In this document: piece by piece, positions 8,128 to 15,988 of the stretch | Numbering within the stretch: position 1 is the stretch's first letter | Layout of the letters: each line of letters starts with the position of its first letter | Source: a virus | Taxonomy: Duplodnaviria; Heunggongvirae; Uroviricota; Caudoviricetes | Reading direction: 5' to 3' (one strand) | IMG/VR virus record: IMGVR_UViG_643348545_000012 | DNA length: 22,074 nt | Program-made: the position numbers and the translations under genes | Notes under the pieces: generated by a model | What the model was told of the DNA's origin: nothing | Databases searched by the model: none | What the model saw: the letters and a program-made list of their open reading frames with translations, nothing else

Positions 8128-10575
8128 TTAACCGTCATGCATCATGCTGGCACGGGCACGCGCACGTTTATCCCGCTCGTATTTTTCGAGCGCATCCTGT
8201 AACTGGCGGTCAAGCTGTGTCCCCGGCGCAGTACCACCCGTCAGGCTGATGTGATATTCGTTTTTACTCTGGTCCACATAAGAGCGGCCAGCCAGTGCCG
8301 TGACTGGCTGATAAGCCTGATAGCCTGCATAAGAGCTGGTCGCCGGAATATAACCACCGGTGCCATACGTGGCGGCATGAGTTCTGGCGGCGGTCTGGTC
8401 AAGTGTGTCTGACTCTTTGTTGATGACCCCGAGCTTTTCCAGTACCCAGGCAATACCGCTGCGCAGTTTGTTGAACGCATTAAGCGGCAGCATCAGCGCG
8501 TCAGCCAGTGCCTGCCCGAACATGACACCCGTGTCACGGCAACGGTTCAGGGTGTCCTGGGTGGCTTTGACCGGGGCAATCAGGTTTTTAAACCACTGCC
8601 ACGCGGCCTGTAACTTTTCGCCCAGCCAGTCAAACACCGGCTTAAGTGGCATGAACAGTTCCCCCACCGGCGCAAATGCCGCTTTCAGCCCTTCCACCAC
8701 ACCGCCAAAGAATGCGCTGACAGGCTCCCAGTATTTACGGATAAGCAACGCCCCGGCGACAATGGCGGCCACCACGGCCACAACCGGCCAGCTAATCGCC
8801 CCGATGGCCGTCATAACAGCACTGCCAACCGTCGTGAAGATTGCCCCCATTGCGCCTGCTGCCGCGATAATGGCATTGATGCCGGTGATAACCGGCCAGG
8901 CTACAAGACCAATGGCACCGATGATGCCAGTCAGCGCCAGTGCGCCACCGGCAATGAGGCCGGTGGTTGACGCCAGTGATTTGTTTTTCTGGATCCAGCC
9001 GTCGAGTTTTAGCACATACTTTGTGGCTGTCTGCGTGAGATTACGCAGTGCGCCTTCCTGCTGGTCAAACAGGTCAGTCCCCACCGCCTCATAAGCGGAC
9101 TGAAACTCCTTAAAGTCACCGCCGAGGTTGTCCTGCATGATATTTACCAGCTCGGCGGTCTTCCCGTCTGAGGCTTTAAACGCAGCGGTCAGTTTGTCCA
9201 GCTTTCCGGTTGAGGCGGCAGTCATCAGCACGGCGGCGGCTGAGCTGGCCTCTTCCCCGAAAATAGTTTTCATGTATTCAGCCTGCTGGGCAGTACCGAG
9301 CCGGTTTTTCTCAAAACTGGCCTGCATTTCTTTCAGAATGGTAAATACTGGTCGGGTGTTTCCCTTGCTGTCTGAGGTTTTCACACCAAGCTCTTTCAGT
9401 GCATCCCACGCTTTTCCCGTCGGTGCCTGCAGGCGGCTTAACACGGCACGGCTTCCCGTCCCCGCCATTGAGCCTGTGATTTTTGCATCATGCAGCGCCC
9501 CGACCATTGCGGCGGTTTCTTCAATGCTGACACCGGCATTTTTTGCCACAGGTGCGGCATAGGTCAGCGCATCGCTCATGCCGTCAAAATCGGCGGCGGT
9601 TTTGTTCATCGTCATGGAGAGAACATCCCCGATATGAGCGACCTTATCGTTTGAAAGCTGAAAGGCGGATTTCATCCCCATCAGCAGGGCGGCGTTTTCT
9701 TCCATCGTGCGACGGTTCGCCAGCGCCATATTCAGCGTGACCGGCGTTGCCGCCTGAATGGCATCAACATCCCCACCGGCTTTTGCAATGATAATCTGCG
9801 CACCGGCTGCATCATCCGCCGAGGCGGCGGTGTTGTCGCCGAGCTGGCGCGCCTGTTTGCGGAGCGCGGCCATTTCGGCGGAGTCTTTTGCCACGCCGAG
9901 CACAGCCTGTAATTCTGAGTTTTTCTGCGCAAACTCATAACCGGGCATCAGCAGCTTAACTCCGGCCATCGTTCCCGCCGCCGCAATCCCCACACCGGCA
10001 GCGCCCACTGAGGCCATATTTCCGGCCAGTTCCTTTCCGGCCTGATAACGCTGTTTGACTGCGTTAAGTTTTGCCTGTTGCGCGCTGACACGCGCCAGCG
10101 CGTCACGCTGCCGGTTAAGCTGCGCGGTGGTTTCACTGATACGGTTTTTCAGCCCCTGCTCATCATGTGCAAGATTGCGGGTATTAATTCCCACAGCAGC
10201 CAGTTCCCGCTGCTGGCGTTTAACGGAATCCGTCAGGCGGTTATATTTCGCCTGTAAGTCCTCCGCCGCTCGCTTTGCGGATTCCAGCACTTTCGCCTGA
10301 GCACGGGTCGGACGTTCGGTATTTTTAAACTGTGTGGCAAGGGCTTCGGCTTCCAGCCGTGCCTTCTCAAGTGCATGACCAGTCACGGCGAGCTGTGCGC
10401 TGGTCTTGCGAAATCCCTCAATACGGGATGCGTGACCGTTCAGCTCGCGCAGTGATTTTTGTGTGTCCCGGATATCCCCCGACAGCGACTTGCTCGCTGT
10501 ACGGATGGATTTAAACGGGCGGGATGCCTGGTCAACAGCCCTGAGCAATACCTGTAATTTTACATTGTTACTCAT
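8128..10575 (-). CDS. T: Tail tape-measure protein (P2 gpT-like)
   Basis: 815 aa ORF with coiled-coil-rich N-terminus and Gly/Ala-rich hydrophobic central segment, typical of tape-measure proteins; lies directly downstream of E/E'. Confidence 0.92.
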   Translation of the reverse strand: MSNNVKLQVLLRAVDQASRPFKSIRTASKSLSGDIRDTQKSLRELNGHASRIEGFRKTSAQLAVTGHALEKARLEAEALATQFKNTERPTRAQAKVLESAKRAAEDLQAKYNRLTDSVKRQQRELAAVGINTRNLAHDEQGLKNRISETTAQLNRQRDALARVSAQQAKLNAVKQRYQAGKELAGNMASVGAAGVGIAAAGTMAGVKLLMPGYEFAQKNSELQAVLGVAKDSAEMAALRKQARQLGDNTAASADDAAGAQIIIAKAGGDVDAIQAATPVTLNMALANRRTMEENAALLMGMKSAFQLSNDKVAHIGDVLSMTMNKTAADFDGMSDALTYAAPVAKNAGVSIEETAAMVGALHDAKITGSMAGTGSRAVLSRLQAPTGKAWDALKELGVKTSDSKGNTRPVFTILKEMQASFEKNRLGTAQQAEYMKTIFGEEASSAAAVLMTAASTGKLDKLTAAFKASDGKTAELVNIMQDNLGGDFKEFQSAYEAVGTDLFDQQEGALRNLTQTATKYVLKLDGWIQKNKSLASTTGLIAGGALALTGIIGAIGLVAWPVITGINAIIAAAGAMGAIFTTVGSAVMTAIGAISWPVVAVVAAIVAGALLIRKYWEPVSAFFGGVVEGLKAAFAPVGELFMPLKPVFDWLGEKLQAAWQWFKNLIAPVKATQDTLNRCRDTGVMFGQALADALMLPLNAFNKLRSGIAWVLEKLGVINKESDTLDQTAARTHAATYGTGGYIPATSSYAGYQAYQPVTALAGRSYVDQSKNEYHISLTGGTAPGTQLDRQLQDALEKYERDKRARARASMMHDG

Positions 10576-10995
10576 TCGTGTTTCCGCTTCGCCGGAGCGC
10601 CTTTTCGCGCCATGTGATGAGTTCGGTCAGGCTCATGGGATACAGTTCTGATGGCGGCCAGTGAAATATCACTGCCACATCCGCCATCAGGTCATCGACC
10701 GACAGATTTTTCGGAAACGTCACTGCACCGAGTTCGGCGACAAAAAACCGACCACCTTACCGGCCAGCGCCACAAGGTCAGGCAGTTCCAGCGCGGCGAC
10801 TTCCTGCTCGGTCAGCATCGGTGCCGTCATGCGCGGCAGCACCTTAATCAGTGCATCGACTTCGGAGTTTGCAACCGCAGCCAGACTGACACCGCGCAGC
10901 GTCCCGGCATTGGGTTTCATCAGCGTGACCTGTTCGATAACCTGCTCACCACGTTTGACCGGATTTTCCAGGGTAATGACATTTTCTTTGTTCAT
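10568..10995 (-). CDS. E': E+E' fusion produced by programmed -1 ribosomal frameshift at T_TTT_TTG (reverse complement of 10741-10747); E' extension ends at TAA 10568-10570, overlapping the T start
   Basis: Slippery heptamer read directly; the -1 frame is open from the slip site to 10568 and encodes ...FFVAELGAVTFPKNLSVDDLMADVAVIFHWPPSELYPMSLTELITWREKALRRSGNTNE; frame arithmetic is consistent with a -1 shift; matches the known P2 E/E' mechanism. Confidence 0.7.
10720..10995 (-). CDS. E: Tail assembly chaperone E (P2 gpE-like), 91 aa
   Basis: ORF MNKENVITLENPVKRGEQ...GFLSPNSVQ; position between FII and T; contains slippery heptamer near its 3' end. Confidence 0.88.
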   Translation of the reverse strand: MNKENVITLENPVKRGEQVIEQVTLMKPNAGTLRGVSLAAVANSEVDALIKVLPRMTAPMLTEQEVAALELPDLVALAGKVVGFLSPNSVQ

Positions 10996-11051
10996 GGTTT
11001 TCTCACTTCTGAATCAGGGTTAACCGGTCAGCCTGGCTGACCGTATGAAAA

Positions 11052-11570
11052 TCACAGGCCGATATTTCGGCGGTGTTGCTCCAGCCGGTCGACGCCGTTC
11101 ACCTTCTCAATCATGTTGATGGTGTCGATTTCGACCAGCTCCTTACCGTCCATCGTCAGCCGGAAATAAGTACAAATCACCGGGAGTTTCGATTCGGTAT
11201 CCTCTCCCTGTTTACCCTCTCCGGTGTCGACTTCTTTCTGACGCCCACGCATGACCACTTCGACGGCCACCGTTTCGCCGGTATCGTCGCGCTGGTAAGA
11301 ACCAGCAAAACGAATCGGTACGGCATCAGCACTGGTTGCAGCGTAAAGCTCCCAGATAACCGAATCCGGGAAACCCCCGAGCGACCACTCCATTGACAGC
11401 GCATCGTCATCAAGGCCGAGGTCTACCGGTGCGCTGCCGTTCATCCCCGCACCGCGATAATTTTCGAGCTTACGGGTCAGTTTTGGCAGCGTGACGGACG
11501 TTGCAACGCCCTGATAGCTGTAGCCGTTCAGAAAGACATTCATGTATTTGAGTTTGCGCGGCATTGCCAT
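11052..11570 (-). CDS. FII: Major tail tube protein (P2 gpFII-like)
   Basis: 172 aa ORF, gene order sheath-tube-E-T as in P2. Confidence 0.9.
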   Translation of the reverse strand: MAMPRKLKYMNVFLNGYSYQGVATSVTLPKLTRKLENYRGAGMNGSAPVDLGLDDDALSMEWSLGGFPDSVIWELYAATSADAVPIRFAGSYQRDDTGETVAVEVVMRGRQKEVDTGEGKQGEDTESKLPVICTYFRLTMDGKELVEIDTINMIEKVNGVDRLEQHRRNIGL

Positions 11571-11582
11571 CGGTCAGGCTCC

Positions 11583-12773
11583 TTAATTGCTGTTAACCGA
11601 GGTGACCAGATTTGCCAGGTATTTATCGGTAATACGCTGGCGCAGGGTCAGGTTTTCGAGAGGAGGCACCGGGGTATAGTCGTAGTCGATATACAGTTTT
11701 CCGGCCTTGAGGGTTTCCGCATCGTTGGATTCTTCGCTGAACCAGCAGGTCGCATCCACGATATAGCCGTTTGTTTTCAGCTCTCGGAATTTGGCATTGA
11801 TGCCGTCAACGATGTCGCGAATCAGCGTTGCGGTGATGGGCTTGTCCACCGCCCACATGTGCGCCTCAGCCATCGTGTCGGCCAGCACCTGCGCGGTGCG
11901 GGTGTAGTTTTCAAAGAGGAACAGCGGGTCATCAGAGCAGGTACGGTTACCCCAGAAGCGGAAACCGTCACGGCGAATCAGCGTTGTGACGCCTGACTCG
12001 TTAAGCAGGTCAGCATCGGTGCCGGACTCCTGCAAATCCCAGAATACGGACGCGCTGATGCCGGTAACACCGTTTACCCCGACGTTGGACAGCGTTTTAT
12101 GCCAGCCCTGCTCCTGGTCGATTTTAGCGCGCAGACCCAGCGCACGGGCGGTGGCATACGCGGTGGCGGTGGTACTGGTGACCGTATCCCATGCGAGGAA
12201 ATCCGGCCAGATGACCATCAGCTCACGCTGGCTGAAATTCTGGCGGTAGGCTTTCACCTCGGAAATGGTCTTACAGCCCCATGCGCTGATATATCCGAAA
12301 GCGCGCAGCTTCTGACAGACGGATGCCAGTGCAACAGCCACCTCTTTGGTATCCAGTCCCGGCACACCGAGAATACGCGGTTTAACACCGGTTACCGACT
12401 CCGCCGCCAGCAGGGCTTTTAGTCCGGTGTACTGACCGTTTTCGTCGGTGGTGCCGATGATATTGGAAACGGTCTGCGCGAGTTTCGTTTCCTCGTCATC
12501 ACCGGTGCCGTCTTCCACGCGCACGACAACGGTGACCGGTTTTGACTGGTCAGCGATGGCCTGCAACGATGCCGCCAGCGTGCCTTTTTTACCGGCCTTT
12601 GCAATTGCGCTTTGCACATTGGTAATCAGCACCGGTTTATTGAGGGGGAAGGTTTCCGCATCCGCATCGCTGGCCGTGCAGACCATGCCGACAATGGCAG
12701 TGGATACGGTGGAAATGACGCGGGTGCCGTCGTTAATCTCCAGCACCTGCACGCCATGATGATAGTCACTCAT
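11583..12773 (-). CDS. FI: Tail sheath protein (P2 gpFI-like)
   Basis: 396 aa ORF beginning MSDYHHGVQVLEINDG, same length and position as P2 gpFI. Confidence 0.92.
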   Translation of the reverse strand: MSDYHHGVQVLEINDGTRVISTVSTAIVGMVCTASDADAETFPLNKPVLITNVQSAIAKAGKKGTLAASLQAIADQSKPVTVVVRVEDGTGDDEETKLAQTVSNIIGTTDENGQYTGLKALLAAESVTGVKPRILGVPGLDTKEVAVALASVCQKLRAFGYISAWGCKTISEVKAYRQNFSQRELMVIWPDFLAWDTVTSTTATAYATARALGLRAKIDQEQGWHKTLSNVGVNGVTGISASVFWDLQESGTDADLLNESGVTTLIRRDGFRFWGNRTCSDDPLFLFENYTRTAQVLADTMAEAHMWAVDKPITATLIRDIVDGINAKFRELKTNGYIVDATCWFSEESNDAETLKAGKLYIDYDYTPVPPLENLTLRQRITDKYLANLVTSVNSN

Positions 12774-12869
12774 CCGTTTAACTCCGTGGTTAATGGGTGC
12801 AACTATTTTCTGTTGGGCAGTGCATGAGACGCTATTTGACCTGACTGGTCAGTGGATGAAACAACAGAT

Positions 12870-12898
12870 AAAGAAAAGGCGGGCAATTCGCCCGCCTG
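12870..12898 (-). terminator. Rho-independent terminator (hairpin GGCGGGC-aattc-GCCCGCC followed on the minus strand by TTTTCTTTAT), separating the cargo module from the FI late operon
   Basis: Perfect GC-rich 7-bp stem at 12880-12898 with T-rich tract on the minus strand. Confidence 0.55.
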
Positions 12899-12952
12899 TC
12901 CTGATTTGTACTCACTCATTTTCCGCCTGACAATTTACATAGCCCAAATGCT

Positions 12953-12975
12953 ATCAAATCTGACAGTCTGCTTTG
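12953..12975. repeat. Site A: atcaaatctgacagtctgctttg, copy 1 of a ~22-bp putative recombination site
   Basis: Shares the exact 11-mer ctgacagtctg plus flanks with sites at 15262-15284 (direct, 21/23) and 15384-15405 (inverted). Confidence 0.6.
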
Positions 12976-13103
12976 AGCGAAAAGTGGACATTAGAGTTAC
13001 AAAAGCAAGTTTAAATCATCCAAAATATTACAATGTCCTTATCTATCTGATATCGTTATAATAAAAAGCTCCTGAATATAATCGATAGTAGGTGGTTATT
13101 TCC

Positions 13104-13481
13104 ATGAAATCAATTTTAGAGGTTTTTACTCAAGGAAATACTAAAGAAAAACTGGCTGTTATCGCCGATCTCACAACCATTGCGGGAATATCGATTGCAA
13201 CTATTATTGCTGGTTTGTTAACCCTAGTTGCAAAAACAGATAAACTAGATGTTGGAAATCTGTTTGGAGTTGTCATAATATCTCTGCTCGGATTGGCTGG
13301 TGTTTGCTGTTTTGTGGCCTTATTTATTTGGGTTATAACCCAAATGTCTAAACCATGGGGAACACCTCGGGGGGTTCAGCCCTTAGTTAAGTGTGCTATT
13401 TCCCTTATCTTTATCTGTATGTTTTTGCTGGCTGTCTTTACATTTTATGAGTTTATTTCTTCGATGAGCATACGCTATTGA
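13104..13481 (+). CDS. Small integral membrane protein (about 125 aa, 3 predicted TM helices), cargo gene
   Basis: ORF in track (13092..13481, likely ATG at 13104 with aggtgg RBS); three long hydrophobic stretches; AT-rich. Confidence 0.55.
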   Translation: MKSILEVFTQGNTKEKLAVIADLTTIAGISIATIIAGLLTLVAKTDKLDVGNLFGVVIISLLGLAGVCCFVALFIWVITQMSKPWGTPRGVQPLVKCAISLIFICMFLLAVFTFYEFISSMSIRY

Positions 13482-13503
13482 ATATAAAATCAGCCCCCAT
13501 AAC

Positions 13504-14088
13504 TTAAAAGAGACCTTCTATATCGACTTCAATGCCCAAATAACGGACTGTGCTTTCCAGTTTCTTATGGCCCAACAGAAGTTGGATCACCCGGAGACTC
13601 TTGGTTTTCTTGTAGATTAAGTAAGGTTTTGTTCTTCTCATGGAATGTGTGCTGTACAGCGAATCTTCGAGACCAAGCTTTTCTACCCACCCATGAAAAA
13701 TTCGGTTGTATTGCCGGGTTGATATATGGTGGTTAGTTCCGACCCGAGAGCGGAACAGGAAGCCTTTACTATGCCAGTTGCCGAGCTTTATCAATGCAGT
13801 AACCGCTTCCCTTGTCCCTTTGGTTATCTCAAATTGGACAGGGCTGCCGGTTTTCTGTTGCAACACCGTTGCTCTGCTTGAGACAGAACTGCCATATGCA
13901 GCATCTGATACTTTGAGTTTGACCAAATCACAGCCCCGTAGCTTAGTGTCCAAAGCCATGTTGAACAGAGCTAGATCGCGTGTTTTACCTTCCAACTCAA
14001 GTCTAATCCGGATCCCCCAGATATGAGATATCTGAAGTGGCCTTTTTTGACCGATGGTACGGTCTTTATTCCACGGTGACGTTTTCAT
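13504..14088 (-). CDS. Short tyrosine recombinase (FimB/FimE-sized, about 194 aa)
   Basis: C-terminus HSMRRT...LLGHKKLESTVRYLGIEVD carries the box II H-x-x-R, second His and nucleophile Tyr; earlier TKLRGCDL supplies a candidate box I Arg. The track ORF starts at 14190, but the ATG at 14088 has an AGGAG RBS 8 nt upstream and gives a protein the size of FimB/FimE. Confidence 0.75.
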   Translation of the reverse strand: MKTSPWNKDRTIGQKRPLQISHIWGIRIRLELEGKTRDLALFNMALDTKLRGCDLVKLKVSDAAYGSSVSSRATVLQQKTGSPVQFEITKGTREAVTALIKLGNWHSKGFLFRSRVGTNHHISTRQYNRIFHGWVEKLGLEDSLYSTHSMRRTKPYLIYKKTKSLRVIQLLLGHKKLESTVRYLGIEVDIEGLF

Positions 14089-14194
14089 ATTCAAATCTCC
14101 TGCAATGTGGGAGATTTGAGTATGGTTGTCTCTCAAGAGCGAAAATAAGTCAACTATCACTAGTTGTTGCGCATGTACGTATTCTGTCAATTAA

Positions 14195-15037
14195 TTATTG
14201 ACAATCATCAATTCTGGAATGATCAAAATCATCATATCGAATTATAGTCTGGTTGACTGTATCTATTGTTGGTGTCATTTCTGTTATAATATCCTGATAA
14301 CCTAAAGAGTTAAATACATTTACTAAGGCCTCACACCGAAGGGCCGTAGCAATTACAAAATTATAAATTGCCAGCCGTTTATTTTCTTGTTTAACTGCAA
14401 GAATGAATTCGATAGCAGTATTTTCATCACTTTGGATTGCATTATATAGAGATACTATATTTACCATATCATCAGAGAATGTATGTATTGAATCACAAAG
14501 GGGAACGTAATGGGCATGATAGTGTGTTTCCCAGCCAATTAATTCAAAAAGTTTTCTGGTTCCTGGATATTCAGGTGTATTTGGCCACAATCTATTAAAT
14601 AGATCAGTTAGTTCTTTTCCCATGCGAATCCTTTCATTTGCTGCTGGATTAGTCATTCCTTTGGATTTTAAACACTCCAGCCACCGTTTTCCATTACTAT
14701 GAACTAATTTCTTACTAGCCTTGAGTAATGCTTGTGCATTTTCGCCATCATCTATTGCTATATAAAATTGATTGGCAGCCTGTTCTATTATAACCCTAGC
14801 TAATACTTCCGATGCTGAAAAGGCTCCTATATTCAAAGAAGAGATAGCCTGATTACTAAGTTCATTCAGTACATTAAAGTACTGTAAGACCATCAATTTT
14901 TGTTCCACACCCTTTAGGTTGTCTATTTTATTTTTATGCTCCTCAAATTTTGCATGGATATATTTATTTATCGCGGCTATTTTTTTTACATCTTCGTCAA
15001 GATCAAACGGGCAACGTCCAAACAATTCTTTTTTCAT
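14195..15037 (-). CDS. Hypothetical cytoplasmic protein (280 aa), cargo gene upstream of the recombinase
   Basis: ORF with AGGAG RBS 7 nt upstream of ATG; AT-rich; no recognisable motif (no RT YxDD, no clear nuclease or HEPN motif). Confidence 0.6.
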   Translation of the reverse strand: MKKELFGRCPFDLDEDVKKIAAINKYIHAKFEEHKNKIDNLKGVEQKLMVLQYFNVLNELSNQAISSLNIGAFSASEVLARVIIEQAANQFYIAIDDGENAQALLKASKKLVHSNGKRWLECLKSKGMTNPAANERIRMGKELTDLFNRLWPNTPEYPGTRKLFELIGWETHYHAHYVPLCDSIHTFSDDMVNIVSLYNAIQSDENTAIEFILAVKQENKRLAIYNFVIATALRCEALVNVFNSLGYQDIITEMTPTIDTVNQTIIRYDDFDHSRIDDCQ

Positions 15038-15075
15038 ATATTTCTCCTGTTGTACAAGCTTCCATAAGTTGGCAG

Positions 15076-15110
15076 ATTATACACTGAAGATTACCTATAA
15101 ATAGCTGTGC
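15076..15110 (-). promoter_or_regulatory. Candidate sigma70 promoter for the 280-aa cargo gene (perfect TATAAT on the minus strand at 15081-15076; weak -35)
   Basis: Reverse complement of attata at 15076-15081, about 38 nt upstream of the ATG at 15037; -35 element poor, so speculative. Confidence 0.3.
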
Positions 15111-15261
15111 GGGATAGCAGATCAGTGCAAGAAGTACAACCAAGTGAATGTGCGTATTCAGATACCTGGCCTAACGTTCGCGATAGCCGTCCCCTGCACG
15201 AAGCCATATATTAGATGTATTAGCTCAGACCTTATCTGACAGGTTGAGTAGGTAGAATCTA

Positions 15262-15284
15262 ATCAAAGCTGACAGTCTGGTTTG
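15262..15284. repeat. Site B: atcaaagctgacagtctggtttg, direct copy of site A
   Basis: 21 of 23 positions identical to site A; read directly. Confidence 0.6.
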
Positions 15285-15383
15285 GACTGTGAGTTCAACC
15301 GATGGATGCAACACACAGCGATCTACGGACATTACTAGCATAGCTGTGTATTAATCATCGGGAAGCAGGTCAGTCCGCTCCTA

Positions 15384-15405
15384 GCACAGAGCAGACTGTC
15401 AGATT
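15384..15405. repeat. Site C: inverted copy of the site (reverse complement aatctgacagtctgctctgtgc); also part of a 10-bp-stem hairpin tagcacagag...ctctgtgcta (15382-15423)
   Basis: Reverse complement matches site A at 20 of 22 positions; lies 47 bp downstream of the G stop codon. Confidence 0.6.
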
Positions 15406-15457
15406 AGGCTTTACTCTGTGCTATAGATACGTTAGCTCACTCCAGAGATCATACAAC

Positions 15458-15985
15458 TTATTGCGGCATTTCCGGCCATTCAGGATTTGCAGGATCCACA
15501 CGGCTGACCAGAACACTGTAGCGTTCCCATGCTTCCAGTCGGCTACGCTCCTCATCTGTTGCCATATTCAGTCTGACAGAGCGTTCCAGTGGCTGAATGA
15601 TAGTTTCAGCTTCGGAAAGCAAAGCTGACTTCTGTAATTCCGCCAGTTGCAGCTGTTCGTCTGCCGTATAAATCCGCTTAATCACGGCACCATCCTTAAA
15701 CATCCATTTACCTGAGTCATCAGCACGTCGGTTGGCGGTAATATCAGGAACCTCGACAACGCTAAAACCTTCAGGGTTGAGCGTTGAAGCATCTCTGGTG
15801 ATGCCGACAATTATATTATTCTCATCGTAAACAATCTTTATCGTGTCTTCCTGAAAATTACTTACTTCCTCATACCAGTTTTTTCCCTCTTCGGACCATA
15901 ACCAGATAACATCAAAATTTTTTGTCAGTTGATATTGGGCAACAGTTTTTGGATTACCCGCAGTAATATTTTTTAAATGCTGCAT
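15458..15985 (-). CDS. G: Tail fiber assembly chaperone (P2 gpG-like)
   Basis: 175 aa ORF immediately downstream of the tail fiber gene; same length as P2 gpG; Tfa-like sequence. Confidence 0.88.
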   Translation of the reverse strand: MQHLKNITAGNPKTVAQYQLTKNFDVIWLWSEEGKNWYEEVSNFQEDTIKIVYDENNIIVGITRDASTLNPEGFSVVEVPDITANRRADDSGKWMFKDGAVIKRIYTADEQLQLAELQKSALLSEAETIIQPLERSVRLNMATDEERSRLEAWERYSVLVSRVDPANPEWPEMPQ

Positions 15986-15988
15986 AAA

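Noticed and set aside
8405-10300. Several plus-strand ORFs (for example 8405-9094, 9128-9562, 10055-10300) with Ala/Ser/Thr-rich translations
   Set aside because: They lie antisense within the high-GC tape-measure gene, have low-complexity translations and no RBS context; typical antisense artefacts.
12852-13061. 69-aa plus-strand ORF upstream of the small membrane protein gene
   Set aside because: Spans the terminator hairpin and site A; no RBS; more plausibly regulatory or non-coding DNA.
12953-15405. Gin/Cin/Pin-type serine-invertase tail-fiber switching (G-segment-like)
   Set aside because: No serine recombinase gene and no alternative fiber C-terminal or chaperone segments between the repeats; the recombinase present is a tyrosine type and the enclosed genes are non-structural.
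15038-15457. Possible retron msr/msd-type structured ncRNA in the 420-bp non-coding stretch between G and the 280-aa gene (several inverted repeats)
   Set aside because: No reverse transcriptase ORF anywhere nearby (no YxDD-containing protein), and the inverted repeats are better explained as copies of the 22-bp recombination-type site.
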